From Parasitella parasitica NRRL 2501 (Eukaryota > Fungi > Mucoromycota): a stretch of 64,000 nt of DNA. A model generated the notes under the pieces. The model saw nothing but the letters and a program-made list of their open reading frames with translations. It was not told where the DNA came from and searched no databases. A program made the position numbers and the translations under genes. The stretch lies in contig MU619288.1 in the NCBI GenBank assembly GCA_025201805.1, positions 16,833-80,832 of the forward strand. Direction: 5' to 3'. Positions 25,260-39,162 of this stretch are shown here, piece by piece. The stretch's first letter is position 1, and each line of letters opens with the position of its first letter.

Positions 25260-26480
25260 GAAAGCATTGAACACACCTCAAACCAACTGGCCGAATACAA
25301 CAGGACAGCCGATCACAAAGTGGTAGTCGTCTGCATCAGCACTACAAATAGCACATAACCGAGTAGTAACCTTGTCAGGAACAATTTTATGCAGCCAGGA
25401 GCAGACAGCAATGCGGCTGCGTAATAACCGCCACCAGGGCGTACACGTCTTTGGAGAATAGCCGCCAGAAACGAGATAGAAAACGCAAATGAACAGGAAG
25501 ATTGAGGGGGGGGGGACGCATACGAGAGGTAATGGTAACCCGAGAGGGATGCCAATATCGACGTAGACCACCCAGAGAAACACGAGCAAGAGGAGCAACA
25601 GAACGAGGCGAATTAAAAGTATTTCAATGATTACAATTGGGCACCCAAGAAGTGGCGCCAGTAGACCGAGACAAAGTGGCAATCGCATTGTCAGCCAGCG
25701 CAATCTTGGACTCAATAAGAGGCAAGACCGAGAGACTGGGGGGGGGGGACAAGGCCCCATGGCATGAACCCCCCCCCACTGAAGAGTGCAAAGGGCTGGT
25801 GACAGTTGATCATACCAGCCAGCTACCTCAACTACTCCCTCAAAAACTAACCAGGAGTTGATAGCAGAGGGGAGGAAGAGACACAGGTTTGGTAAAAGCA
25901 GCAGCAGGGCGAGGAACCAGAATACAACACAGAGGAACACCCAGGAACCACCGAGAGGACCAGCAAGAGGCTAGTTACAAGAATGACAGCTCCAACAACA
26001 ATTTGGACGAATGGGAACAGCACAGAAACAGATCAAAGCAAAGGCTAGATATATATATCCGGACGGACAGTGAGCGAGAGACGCGAGAGTGAGGCATGAG
26101 TTAGATGGAGAACGGCTGTGGTAGTTATTTAGAGATGAAGAAGTATCCCAATGTTCGTGGGGGAACCGTGGAGGCTGGTTGTTCAAAGAAGTGATCTAAA
26201 CTAATGCTTTAACGATGTAATCATTCTCGGCCTGTTGAAGGTTGGCACGCCATAAACCTGGTCCCTGTTGGGGAATTAAAGAACTGGGAAAGCATGATGA
26301 GAACAGAATGTCGATGGAAGAGGAATGGCGATGTCAGAATAAGATGGGAAAACAGAACAGGTACAGTAGCTAATGGTGGATGTGGACATGTCCTGCCGAA
26401 AAGTTGGAAGGAATTGTCCCTCATGTTGAGTGTGAGTACACTTGGATAAAGTGTTCATTGAGGAGTTGATGCCACTGCTG
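25260..26480 (-). mobile_element. Rearranged L1/Tx1-like non-LTR retrotransposon remnants
   Basis: C-terminal WWRLLRSRIAVCSWLHKIVPDK...CAIC...DDYHFVIGCP (zf-RVT CCHC-like); PTFRQ...STI motif resembling the end of the APE domain; GC-richer than flanks. Confidence 0.7.
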
Positions 26481-26599
26481 TTGTAATGTCTCTGCGGAAT
26501 GTAAGGTCACTCGAAAAGGACTTGAGAGATTACAATATAAATCCATCAAATGTTGCCGATCCTACTGAGACATCTGATTTGTATTTAATTCAAGTATTC

Positions 26600-26810
26600 A
26601 ATGAATAAGGCTTATGTGGTGGTTGTATCTGGTATTGGATAATGTAGCTATCCATAAGCCTGCTGTTATCAGAGCATTAGTCGAAGCAAGAGGCTGTTGG
26701 TGTATTTATTTGTCTGCTTACCCTTCCTGTCTCAATCCAATTGAAGTGTTCTGTGGCGTAAAAGTAAGGTTGGAATCAAAGAAACTCATGATCGTTTGGC
26801 CCCTTGGTGT
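26600..26810 (+). mobile_element. Tc1/IS630 transposase fragment (second D to E)
   Basis: YLVLDNVAIHK...ARGCWCIYLSAYPSCLNPIEVF. Confidence 0.8.
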
Positions 26811-27347
26811 CGGTTAGAAAATGTAACACTGCCGGATTGTTGTGAAGGGATTTGTCGCTCGGCTAACTTTTTCCCTCGACGTTTTGCCATGGAAACAATG
26901 GTTTGACATTAGCCTGTCTTTTAAGAACTCTCTGTGTACCCTACTCCTCATTTGAAAAATGTAGGTCTCACTTGGGATCTTGATAAATATGATCAGGTAA
27001 CGGGCTCCATGAATCAACCAGATGTCGTAATGAACGAAACCTTTGATATTACAGCAACGAATGGACAAATACATCCAACTAGCTGCTTTGATGTAATTTG
27101 AGTTTTAGGGATTACAGGCCACTAGACAGCAACAACTGCCCAGAGTACCCGGAAGGCATTGGTTGATGCTCATTGTTTTTTTTTGCTTATCCCGGCGTTT
27201 TATCAAGTGAAAAAGAGGTGGTCCGAAAAAATTTGAAAAAGGTCCGAAAACCAAGTAAAAACACTTTCCTTCCCCCATCTTTTCAAATAAGAAACCCCCT
27301 TCTCTTTATTGCATTTTTTTTTTTTTTCAACATTGCGATATTTACCC

Positions 27348-28383
27348 ATGTCTTTATTACGCTTATTCACAACTCATAAAGTCTTTAAACCTAATCACAT
27401 CAACTCTATCAGAAGCTTTTCGGCTGCTCCCGGTAAATTCGAGATTTTTTTTTNNNNNNNNNNNNNNNNNNNNNNNNNNNNNNNNNNNNNNNNNNNNNNN
27501 NNNNNNNNNNNNNNNNNNNNNNNNNNNNNNNNNNNNNNNNNNNNNNNNNNNNNNNNNNNNNNNNNNNNNNNNNNNNNNNNNNNNNNNNNNNNNNNNNNNN
27601 NNNNNNNNNNNNNNNNNNNNNNNNNNNNNNNNNNNNNNNNNNNNNNNNNNNNNNNNNNNNNNNNNNNNNNNNNNNNNNNNNNNNNNNNNNNNNNNNNNNN
27701 NNNNNNNNNNNNNNNNNNNNNNNNNNNNNNNNNNNNNNNNNNNNNNNNNNNNNNNNNNNNNNNNNNNNNNNNNNNNNNNNNNNNNNNNNNNNNNNNNNNN
27801 NNNNNNNNNNNNNNNNNNNNNNNNNNNNNNNNNNNNNNNNNNNNNNNNNNNNNNNNNNNNNNNNNNNNNNNNNNNNNNNNNNNNNNNNNNNNNNNNNNNN
27901 NNNNNNNNNNNNNNNNNNNNNNNNNNNNNNNNNNNNNNNNNNNNNNNNNNNNNNNNNNNNNNNNNNNNNNNNNNNNNNNNNNNNNNNNNNNNNNNNNNNN
28001 NNNNNNNNNNNNNNNNNNNNNNNNNNNNNNNNNNNNNNNNNNNNNNNNNNNNNNNNNNNNNNNNNNNNNNNNNNNNNNNNNNNNNNNNNNNNNNNNNNNN
28101 NNNNNNNNNNNNNNNNNNNNNNNNNNNNNNNNNNNNNNNNNNNNNNNNNNNNNNNNNNNNNNNNNNNNNNNNNNNNNNNNNNNNNNNNNNNNNNNNNNNN
28201 NNNNNNNNNNNNNNNNNNNNNNNNNNNNNNNNNNNNNNNNNNNNNNNNNNNNNNNNNNNNNNNNNNNNNNNNNNNNNNNNNNNNNNNNNNNNNNNNNNNN
28301 NNNNNNNNNNNNNNNNNNNNNNNNNNNNTGCTAATGGCACTAAAAAAAGACAAATCTTTGTCCAAGCAGATGAAAACCAATAG
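27348..28383 (+). CDS. Partial gene spanning the assembly gap; probable mitochondrial protein
   Basis: MSLLRLFTTHKVFKPNHINSIRSFSAAP (presequence-like, RSFS), then a GTAAAT donor; possible last codons ANGTKKRQIFVQADENQ* after the gap. Confidence 0.5.
27454..28328. other. Assembly gap (N run)
   Basis: Run of N. Confidence 1.
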
Positions 28384-29075
28384 ATCAACTTTAAAGGAAT
28401 AAATGTACATGAATATGATTACTTTGGTTAAAACTTTTCAACTTCTTAGGTATCCACACATACCATTAGATCCAGTTCTTCCTTTACATTTGATTGGTGT
28501 GGTCATCTTTTGGAAACAGATACATATATCACATTGATGGTGCCTGGTGCAAGGCACAACTGCGAACGTTTAACTCGGCTATGTCAAATTGATGTGATGT
28601 TGAACAGTACAAGAAAGTAATAGGTTCTAGGTATTTTGCATTAAGCAATAAATTCTGTATCGATTATAGGGCCAAGTATTTCTTTCAGGTATTAAATCTT
28701 GGTTTTTTTATTCAACAGTAAACATTGCGTTCAATCATAGATAACAAAGCAGCTTTACACAGCTTCAAGCAGCATTCACTAATTTCGATTCGGTGTGCCA
28801 TTGTTGAACATGCTGCTCGCATATCACTTGTATGTAAAACATTAAATTTCATGAAATCAAACGATTTAATAACTGTGCTTATACTTTTTGAACTATCGGA
28901 ATAATATTAATAAATAAAAAAAAAAGACAATGATAGTATATTATTCGTAAATTCATTATAGATCTGCTTTGTTTTTTGTTTTGTTTTGCTTGTCATACAT
29001 TTCAACGAGAAGAAAGAGAAAATAAAGTATATATATAAGGGGGGGAGCGTGTTGGAAAGATAATGAAAAAGCGAC

Positions 29076-30877
29076 CTAATGGATGATTTGAAGGCGAGAA
29101 TTACTGACTTGCCAGACATCTAAACCAGCGTATTCACGAACAGCTTCATCCCATTGAGCTTCAGTATAACCTTTGGAAGCAACGCGACGTTTAATTGTAG
29201 ATAAAGCCAAGCTGCTCTCACCACGTTCCTGAGCCATTTCTCTTACGATATTAAATATGCCAGTCATGGGAGATGTATCATGACGACCGCTACGTCTTTG
29301 GCTGTCGTCGTTCAACGACGATTTAGAAACGTCAATCAATCTCAATGCTTCGTCTACATCTCTAGGTTCTACGACATCTGCTAAGCGAATACGAGCCAAA
29401 GCCTGGGCCATACGGATTATACCCAACAAAGTACGCGCTGAAGCATAGGTGAACTGTTGCTGGCGGTCCTCATCGAGTTTATACTGTCGTCTTAATCCAA
29501 CATAAGCACTTGTAACATATTCTGAGACTTCTGATGTGAGAACAGGGCGTTTGGTTCTGGCATGAGCAACATAATGTCGGATCATATGAGGCTCTAGCGC
29601 ATTGAAATCCATTCGAGGTGGCTTGTTGTGTGTATGAACATAAGTGACATGCTCAGCCAGAAGACGATCCATCTCATCTGAAGGCTTGTCCAACATCAGA
29701 TAGAGGATATCAAAACGAGAGAGCAAGGCAGCAGGCAAGTTGATATTTTGTGTAGGAGAAATGCGGGTATTATAACGTCCATACAGAGGATTAGCAGCAG
29801 CCAGAATGGAAGCACGGGCATTCAGTGTAGTGTTGATGCCAGCCTTTGAAATACTGATAGTTTGTTGTTCCATGACTTCGTGAATAGCGGTTCTATCGGA
29901 ATCGTCCATCTTGTCAAATTCATCGATACAACAGATGCCGTTATCTGCTAGAACCAAAGCACCACCCTCCAAAATCATTTCGTCGGTAACGGGCTCTCTC
30001 ATCACAGCAGCTGTCAAACCCACCCCAGAAGAACCACGGCCGGTTGTATAAACACCACGAGGAGCCACTTTGGCAATGAACTTGAGCAACTGAGATTTGG
30101 CGACACCAGGATCACCCATCAAACAAACGTTGATGTCACCACGGATCTTCATACCGTCACCGACCGTCTTGTTGACACCACCTACCAGCAAGAGCAACAA
30201 TACTTTCTTGACGTCGTCATGGCCGTAAATTTCAGGGGCAATACTACGAGCCAAACGACTATAGGCATTGGAATCTTGTTTGAGTTGATCGATAACCTCT
30301 TGATCGGCAGGAGTAATTTCGATTTCATCGTATTGTTTTTTGAGACGGTGCACATATTGCACCTCTAAATAGGTGTCTGTCAAAAGTCCAGCACGGAGAG
30401 CTCTGAAACCTGTGTACGGCATAGGCAGGAAGATGCCTGTGACATTGGCGACATCGCCAGGAGTTAGCTGACGGCAGGCAGCACCATACATGTGCAGCGT
30501 CATAGTACGAGGGATATGGCCAACAGGTACTTGGTCAGTTAATTCCTGCAGCTTTATTTCCTGGAAGGCCAGAAATTTAGAAGCTCGAGTTTGCATGTAT
30601 AATCTGCCCTTGGTCTGGTTCTTTCTGCACTCTTCAGAAATACATTCAGTCAAAGGTGTGAACTGTCTCTGTTTGATCTCCTGGAAGATTTCGTAGCCGC
30701 AAGAATCGCAACTGTAGGTGTTGACTTGAAGGAAAGGCTTGACATCAGAGACACGGGTAATGATACCACGCACGGTGACAAGGTTGCCCAATGAAGACCC
30801 CTTTATTTCACGAACAGCGAATCCAGTGGCGGTGCGTAATGGCTTGAAGAAGACCTCGCTATAGGCAACTGTTAGTA

Positions 30878-30942
<65 letters not shown>

Positions 30943-31555
30943 GCATATTTACTATCGACGTGTTAACGAAGGGGGGAAATGCTCCTCAGCGTCATTTGTT
31001 CTGTTGGCGTCACGGTTGCTTCTTTGACGGATGATAACATCAAGCACACTGTCCTTGTAACTCAAGTCGGCATTTGTAGGCGTCTTTTCCTTGCAGATAT
31101 CATCAATGACGGAGCAGGCGATATCAATGTAGTGTTTGGTATTTCGGATGATGCGTGCTACGATGCCAGTGTCGCTGTCGTAAAACTACAGGCTGCTTGT
31201 TAGATGACTGAGTGTACGCGCATGTCGCTACTCTGAAACAAACCTGTGCCAAATCATCTAATTCAATGACAACAACAGATTGCTCTCTATCGACTACATT
31301 TTGCTAGATGAACGATTAATGTGTGCTGTGTTTCTGTCTAAGTGCGCATATGTACCAGTTTGCAGTCGTATTTTGCACTGATTGCATTTTCGCCTGTTGC
31401 ACTAGTTACAGTCTCCTTGAAATTTCTAAAGAAATCGCTGAGAGAAACTAAATGATTTGCGTTAATTCTTTTTTCGTCAGTAGGGCTTAGGGGATAATAC
31501 CCTTGTCTGCGTCATAGTCGACATTGGTAAGGTTTACAGGTAAAAGAGCTGCCAT
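29076..31555 (-). CDS. MCM7: DNA replication licensing factor MCM7, multi-exon
   Basis: [18 protein letters not shown] start; zinc finger CDSC...C...C; Walker [10 protein letters not shown], Walker B IDEFDKM, SRFD arginine finger; QVPVGHIPR motif typical of MCM7. Confidence 0.97.
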
Positions 31556-32132
31556 TTTTTGTTAACGGAAACAAGCAAAGGAAAGAAAAGGGACTCTTTT
31601 GCTCGGCAAAATTTTGTGTTCCTTTTATTCAGGATCGCGTCCACAGTCGCGAGGGGGGAAAAAAATTTCTCCAAGAGCAAGATTCCATTGGACATGTGGA
31701 TTCAGTGTTTGGTTGCAATCAAGCAAAAATCATTAGGATTAAGCCATGTACACAGCATGAGTTTCTGGCGTGTCAATGTTCAAAGGGAACGTGGGCAGTT
31801 GCAGCAATTTCGTCCAATATTTACTTGATCAATCACTCGGTCAGCAAGCCCAGTTGTTCTGTCAAATCAAAGAGGTTTGATATGCAGATTGCAAGACATG
31901 TACGCATCGCTTTGGTCACGTATACTGTGCTGGTATTAAGAGTAAAAAGAGGCGAGTTTTTTTATTATTATTATTCTTGTTCTTATAGTTGATGTTGCTG
32001 TTTTTGCTTGGCATGGCCTCTATTTTGTAAACTCAAGCAAGAGGTTTACCAACAACATGCAAACTATGAAAGACAGCAACGAGGATCCTGATTTTGTATA
32101 TAAATCTCCAACACTATATCCCTGGTTTGAGA

Positions 32133-32189
<57 letters not shown>

Positions 32190-32948
32190 NNNNNNNNNNT
32201 TTTGTACATAGACGATGAGCAAGTTGGTTGGCATTTGGTGACGAATCAGACTTACAAGCTTTTTTGTGGGGTATTGAGAGTCGTAATTTGTGTAAATTGT
32301 AGTTGTTGTGTGGGCATCATTCGCCGCAAGCTGTGAAAATCGATGAGTAAATAATAGCAGGTTACCGTATATTTTCTCTCACGTTAGATTTTACAGTTTC
32401 TATAATGCTTGCCAAGGTCATTTTTTTATTTTTTGAAAAAGGAGCGTCAAGAGGGATGAAAAAATAAAAATTAAAAATAAATAACAGAGTCTGCACCCCC
32501 TCTAGTCAACTTGAATATGCGACATCATGTGAAGAACAGACCCAGGGATAAATGCTTTAAGCTTATGATGTGATGTAGAATAAATTGACACGCCTGCACA
32601 CGGTACTTTATCAAGAGATACCGCTCAATTAATGCTACATTGCTCTCTGGAGGGGCTGCAGGGTTTGGAAAGCGAGAAAACAGCATACACAAATATGAAC
32701 ACTTTAAAATAGTTGTAACTCAATCGGCTGAAATTCCAGATAGTAGTAAGTTTTATTCATTTTTTGTTACAGATTGTCAAGAAACAGCATGTTGACTGAA
32801 TCATGTGTATTGCATAGTAGACGGCATATTTAATACATATAAACAAATTTCATAAATGTAGCATAAAGATTACAAGTAAAGTATGAAAAAGTAAGGAATG
32901 GAATTGCAAAATGGGGAATAACGTGTAAATGTTTTTCAAGTCAAATCC

Positions 32949-34339
32949 CTAATAACGTCGATAATTGTGGTTTTGATAATATCCATTATTTGACCCTCTT
33001 CCATGGTCATCACCCTCTTCTTCTTCCTCGTCGTCGTCTTCGTGTTCACCATCTTCTTGGACTCTTTTGTAACTATTACTGGGCATCACTAGATAGTCTT
33101 TGTTTAGCAATGAAGAGGGAAAACTGGTGGTGGCGGGAAGGTCTGTAGAGGTGTATGGTCTTTCACCCACAAGTTGCTCGATTTTGGCCTCGCTCTTTTC
33201 CACAACCAATGCCTTTAGCCATTTAATCTCTCTTTCTAACTCATGCACTCTCTGCTCCATACGCTGAGCTTTCTCTGTCATTTCAGAAGCGGTATTTTGC
33301 AGTGCTTGTTCACGCATCTTCTTTTTAATGCGGAACCGTGCTGATGCCGCTGTGTTGCGACGTCTTTTATCATCCCTGCTTAACGGCTGCGATGTGCGAC
33401 TACTGTTGCTGCCGATGCTGCTATAACTCTGAGCCCCATCGCCAATGACAGGCACATCGTCATCATTGTTATCATCGCCGTCCTCTTGTTGTGCATCTCT
33501 ATCGAGCTCATCTTCGAATGTTAGTGTCTGTTTCTTGGTCGTCTTGTTTTTACTTTTAGGGTGCTTTAACCCAGATAGTTTGTTCTGCTCCCTGTTGTGC
33601 TGAGACAGTATTCGTGAATCTAAGGGCTGTTTATCGTCTTTGAATCGAAACTTCTGCGCATTGTTCTTTCCTTTACTGTTAGAAGCGACAGCAGCTTTGG
33701 GTGATGCGAACAAGGACGTGGTTTCAAATTTATCCGCTTGTGCACTGTAGCTGCCAAGAGGCTGTTCAAAATAATTGTGGTGGAAATTCACAACAGGTGA
33801 AGTTGGCGTTGAATTGGCAGGTGTGCTACTACCCGAGTAAAGCGATTGAAGTGATCTCTGATGCTGTTTCAGCGATCCTGGCTCTATGAAGTACACAACA
33901 ACATTATGCTCATGTCCGTACTTGTGCAAGAAAATGTATCTTTACCATGTGCTAAAAGCAATGAGCCATCATTTGATGTTTGCTGCTGGTTGAATAACAA
34001 GGAGGCATAATTGCGATCGTTTAAATACTGATCTGTACTGTATTCCTGATGATGGCTATTAGAAATATTCAAGCTGTCAAAGAAGGGCGGGTCTGCATTG
34101 GTAACAATTGGCGTGGCTGCAGTTGATGCTGTGGTCGTGGTGCTTGGCTCATTGAGCTTCATCTGTGCTGTAGTATAAAAGCTCAATTCTTGTTGTAGTG
34201 AACCGTCGTTTATCATTGGAACAGGTGTCATGATTTGATTCAATACGTCCAAATGAGACCATGTTGATCCTCCTGCTGCTGTGGTATTAATAGATGTCGG
34301 TCGGTTCTTTCCGCTTCCATTACTCTTTAGCTTGGCCAT
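32949..34339 (-). CDS. bZIP transcription factor of the CYS-3/MetR/Zip1 sulfur-regulator type, 2 exons
   Basis: DDKRRRNTAASARFRIKKKMREQAL...LEREIKWLKALVVEK basic region plus zipper; GTAAAG...CATAG intron at about 33885-33944 joins the two ORFs. Confidence 0.88.
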
Positions 34340-35089
34340 TTAAGCATCAACAACCAATAAAAAAAAACAAAAAAAAAACAAAAAAAAAAANNNNNNNNNN
34401 AAAAAAAAACAAAAAAAAAACAAAAAAAAAAAGAAAAGAGAAAGCTGCTTTTATTTGCTCTGCATACGGTATATATAAACAGCTTATTGTAGATCAGTTA
34501 CAATATAAAGAGCATCGTAAACAGAATGTTACACCAAATGTCGCAATAAATGCGAGATAAATGCTATAAATCACGTCATTCGTACAGTTCTGGCTTTACA
34601 TCCAAAATCCCAAATCTTCACTTCCCTATCATCTGAAGCTAACAAGATCTTACCATCACTTAAAGAAGCTAATGTTAATGGTCCATTATGGCCTTCCGAA
34701 GCATACAGACAGGTTGCAGTTTCTGTGGCTATCCCAAACAAAACTCCCATGTGTTTGTCGAGGAGTCAGAAATAATGCAAAGCTTATCAAAAGTAAGCTC
34801 CCAAATTCCTTGAACATGACCAAGCATCATTTTTAAACATGCGCCTGTAGTTGTATTCCACATTTTGATGTTATTATCCAGCGTGTTTGAGATGATGATA
34901 GGGTCAGATGCTTCTAATGTTGCTTTTGCGGATGAGAATGGCTAAACGCATTTGTATTGTAGATCAAGTATTTATTTGTATTTGTTATGGATGCCCAGTC
35001 TGAGCGTTGTAATAAAACGGGTACAATAGTAGCAATATTAGTAACAGCATTTGTTGTAGAAGAAGCCGTTGACGTTGGTAGCAATCAGT

Positions 35090-35410
35090 CCTTATTAGAC
35101 GATGATGTACCGGCAGTCGATGAATGAGGTGATGACTGATTTTCCAGCTTGCTTCGATGAGCACTGAGGCGATTTGTAGAGTCATGTGGACTAGAGAGTG
35201 TGCCTTGAGCTTGGCCAACATGACCACAATAGACTTGGACACAGGAGAGACTTTAAAAATCTCAGTAACGTTGATTTCTGATAATGCAGCTTTTTTTTTT
35301 TTTTTTTTTTTTGAGAATGGCTTGGCCATGTTACAAAGGAAATTGAGAATTGAAGCAAGCAACATGTTGATACTACCTCCTACATTATGAGGGTTTTCGT
35401 TCGACCGATG
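35090..35410 (+). mobile_element. Possible non-LTR ORF1-like remnant
   Basis: Short coding-like stretch ENGLAMLQRKLRIEASNMLILPPTL interrupted by poly-T; weak resemblance only. Confidence 0.2.
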
Positions 35411-35757
35411 CAGCTGTAAATGGTGACAATATGTGAGATGTTGCTACTTTGTAGTAGCTAATTAGCAAAATAATGCGTATTCCTACTAAATCTCACATCT
35501 TGTATTTTTTGTGCATTGATTACCTCAATTTTAAACCAAGTCTCGTTGATGCCTGTAGCATTCACATGTTTAAAGCTATAAAAAAAAAAAAAAAAAAAAA
35601 AAGGATGAGCAGTAGGTAACATTTGTAGCAGAATTTCATATATAGGCAAAGATAAACAACGACATGTCGAGATAACTAAAGGAGTTGATCACTTGTATCT
35701 TTGTGTTATGAATCCAAATGTTGCAAAGAATCAATGACATGGTATTTTATTGTCATT

Positions 35758-37015
35758 TTACAAGAACGAGCTTTTTCCGTAACCAAACTTGGAACCTAGT
35801 TCAGCCGATTTTCTCAAGAACTCGTCTTTGTCCTTTTTGTTAATTTTTTTATAGCTGACCAAGTCTTTTTCACGATCAAATGCACGTTTGGTGACATCTT
35901 CCTCTGCACTAAGGCCATTTTGTCTTCTATCTTTTTTCTTCTTTTGCTGATGCATCTCCAACAGTGTTAATGGCCTTGTTTGCATCTAGTGGAAGAGAGT
36001 AAAATGAATTAGACTAGGATTAAACTTGGTATATAAACTGAAACCTACGTTATACTGTTGAACGTTGCGATGTCTCTCTATATCCAATTCAGATGGTCCG
36101 CCAGTATCTTCAATGGGCGCCTTCCTCTTCCCTAAACGTTGTTCTTCTAATCGGCGTTGTTTTTCAGCGGGTGTCTCAGTCCAACCAGAAGAGTCAAGGT
36201 CTTCAGGGGCCATAGTTTTGTTTGTGAATTGTCGAGATTTACCAGAACTAGCATTTTTTAGATAATCAACTTCGGGAGGCACCAACATCCATGCAGGCCG
36301 TTCAACTTTGTTTTTGTCTGCTTCTTTCTACAATGCCTTGGTCAGTATTTTGGTGTTTTTTTTTTTTTTTTTTATTTACCTGCTCCATTGCTTCCTTTGT
36401 TGAACGGGCACGCTCTTCAATGGCTTGAATTGCAGAATATTTGGCCTCTTCTTCCACGTTATAGTCCTTTGGTAACGCTGGTCCAACTAGAAAATCATCG
36501 TCATCGGTAGAGGAAGGTATTGGTCCTGATGGGAGGCTGGGACCAACAGGTCTGCGCCTTCTACCGACTGCAGGACGCTGATTTGGTTGTTGTTGTTGTT
36601 TCTGACGCTGCTCCAAAAGATCTGGAGGAAGTGCTGGCGCAAAGTCATTTGGATCCTCTTCCTCTGTGGATTTCTTTTGATCCACAATGTGCTGGGGGAT
36701 CTGAGGGCCTGCTTCTATATCTTCGTCATCAGAGATAGCGATTTCGTCAGTATTTATGGTGGATGTAGATTTCTTTTGTTCAAAAATATGCTGAGGTATC
36801 TGAGGGCCTAAGGATAGAGGCATTTGAGGACCAATTGCCTCAGAATCAACCTCCTCACTGTTACTTTGCCTCTTTTTTTCTAACAAATGTGCAGGGATCT
36901 GAGGACCAGCAGTGGGCATGTGTTCCTCTTCTTCATCGTCAGAATGAAAAGTGGTGACCTCAGCTTCCTTTTGGGGTTTCTTCAATACAGCTTCGGGTAT
37001 AGTAGGCCCTATCAT
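35758..37015 (-). CDS. GPALPP1: GPALPP motif-containing protein (DUF3752), 3 exons
   Basis: Repeated IGP/AGPQIP/GPALP motifs; RPAWMLVPP, SSGWTETPAEK and RAFDREKDL motifs of DUF3752. Confidence 0.88.
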
Positions 37016-37176
37016 TGTTGCGAGTTGAATTTAACAAAAAAAAAAAAAACCAAAAAAAACGAGCCTTTTCTCGTTGTGCTTCTTCTTTGTCAAGTTTCTA
37101 ACCCCCCTCGGCATAAAACATTTGAGCAGTCTTGTTTGCTTCAAATTTCAGTTTTCCACTTGTTTTATATATTTGC

Positions 37177-39134
37177 ATGGCACCTCGAATATCACAAGCA
37201 ATTTTAGTCATCTCAGGTGCGCTTACTGGACTCGCAGCTGTTGCAGCATTGTCTTATTTCAGAAATAAGCAAGACGCCAATTCGAATGGGTCCTCATCAT
37301 CTTCGACAGTCCACAACAACAACAATAACAACAACAACAGCAGCACATCGACAAATGTAGCAACCGAAAGCACATCCGCAAACAATCGACCAAATAGACT
37401 GCGACGCTCTCGCACAGTTCGTAGACGACGCAACAATAACAACCGAAACCCCGTAGAAAACAGCGATATAGATCCAAGCGCTCTCATGTCAGAAACTGAA
37501 GAAGACGCTGATAATCGAAAAATGCTATCATTATTCAAAGAGTGGGGAGAAGATGACAATCGAAATCTATTAAACTTGCTACATGCTATATCTGAAAATC
37601 AATCACGCAAAGGTATAGAAAAAGAAGAAAAGCTAGGCTATGCTTTAAAACTAAAACTGCACATTTAGAAGGATTCATTCATCGTAAGTTGCGAGCGTTT
37701 GTCCAATTTTACGGCATAACAAAAAACTGTCTACAATAGGGGGTATTACTTGCAATAAATGCAACATGTCACCTATTCGAGGCGTTCGATACAAGTGTGC
37801 GAATTGTGTAGACTTTGATCTGTGTGAAATGTGTGAAGGTACAAATAGTCATGTCAATACGCATGTATTCTTGAAAATACGGATTCCCATTCCACCACTT
37901 GCGAATCCGAGAAGTGCATTGCTACCAGCATTTTATCCTGGAAAATACCATAATAAACCCCCAATATCAGCAGAGAAATATCGAGAGTTGCAACACACAT
38001 CACATTGTAAGTTTTTTTTTTTTTTTTTTTTNNNNNNNNNNTGGGCATGTAACAATGCAGATATTAAATACTTTTTCATACAGTTGATCAAGTGGAATTA
38101 GAGGCTTTATATGAGCAGTTTAAATCGCTTTCGACGGTGGATAAAGACGAGGGTGGCATAGACAGAGAGACATTTGAGCAGTGTTTAGGACCTTTGGGCT
38201 TGGAAAAAAACCTCATTACAGAACGAATATTTGCATTTTTTGATCAGGATGGGGATAATATCATCAATTTTCCCGAAATCGTAGCGGGGTTAAGCGTGCT
38301 GTGTAAAGGAAATTTGGATGAAAAGATAGGGCGTAAGTTTCTTCCATGCTAATATGTTGGGCATAACTCAAATTTTTTTTTTTTTTGCAAATAGATGCAT
38401 TCAAGGGCTATGATTTAGATGAAGATGGGTATATTTCTCGAGACGAACTATATCGAATGTACAAATCGTATTTTTACCTATCAATGGAGTTGGTTAGAGA
38501 TGTTGTGAGTGCTATGGAGGATGAGATGATGGACACTTTTGAGTTTTCTGCATCTCAGCCAGTAAGCGCTGCATTCAACGTAGCCATGCCATCAACGCCC
38601 ACTGACAGGAATTCAAGTGAAGATGAGGATGATGACAGCGAAGAAGAAGCGACTGGTAGTCAAAGCAATCAATATGTGGCAGAAGCAGGGCCTTCCAATA
38701 GCAAAAAAATCAAAAAGAAGCGATATCCGTTAAAAGAAGATCACTTTTTACGACAGTATGCGATGGAAGCTGAACAAGCACAAGCGCTCTCTACTGCCTC
38801 GCATGCTCAGGTAGATGATATGGCAGATAATGTGTTGCGTTCAGATAGTCAGCGACTGTCAATGTCCTCAAAGTCCAACGAGTATGAAAGACCACCAGCA
38901 GCGTCGCAACTCTCGTTAGAACAGCAACAACCGCAAGGCAAAAAAGCATGGGAGGAGAAATTTCCCATTATGGAAACCATGTCTCAAGGAGCTATCAATG
39001 AGATGGTCGACAAGACATTTAAAAGCATCCAAACGGAAAGAGAAGGATATATCAACTTTGAAGAGTTTAAGGAATGTGTTCAAAGCGATTCAAGTATTGT
39101 GAGTTGGTTTGAAGCTTTAGGCACAGTATTTTAG
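37177..39134 (+). CDS. N-terminally anchored ZZ-type zinc finger plus EF-hand (NCS/recoverin-like) protein, multi-exon
   Basis: Hydrophobic N-terminal anchor; HRGITCNKC...RYKCANCVDFDLCEMC ZZ finger; EF hands DQDGDNIINFPE and DLDEDGYISRDE. Confidence 0.9.
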
Positions 39135-39162
39135 TGAATAATAAACAGACTATCCAAACATC

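Noticed and set aside
27309-28410. ORFs of more than 330 aa crossing the second N gap
   Set aside because: Artefacts of the N run; only the flanking exon-like pieces are kept.
30881-30941. About 60-nt poly-T in an MCM7 intron (also about 32134-32189)
   Set aside because: Simple homopolymers of unreliable length; no associated retroelement body or TSD seen.
7150-34339. Ecl1-like gene and Zip1-like bZIP in the same window as a sulfur-starvation cluster
   Set aside because: They are about 25 kb apart with unrelated genes between; co-occurrence is probably chance.
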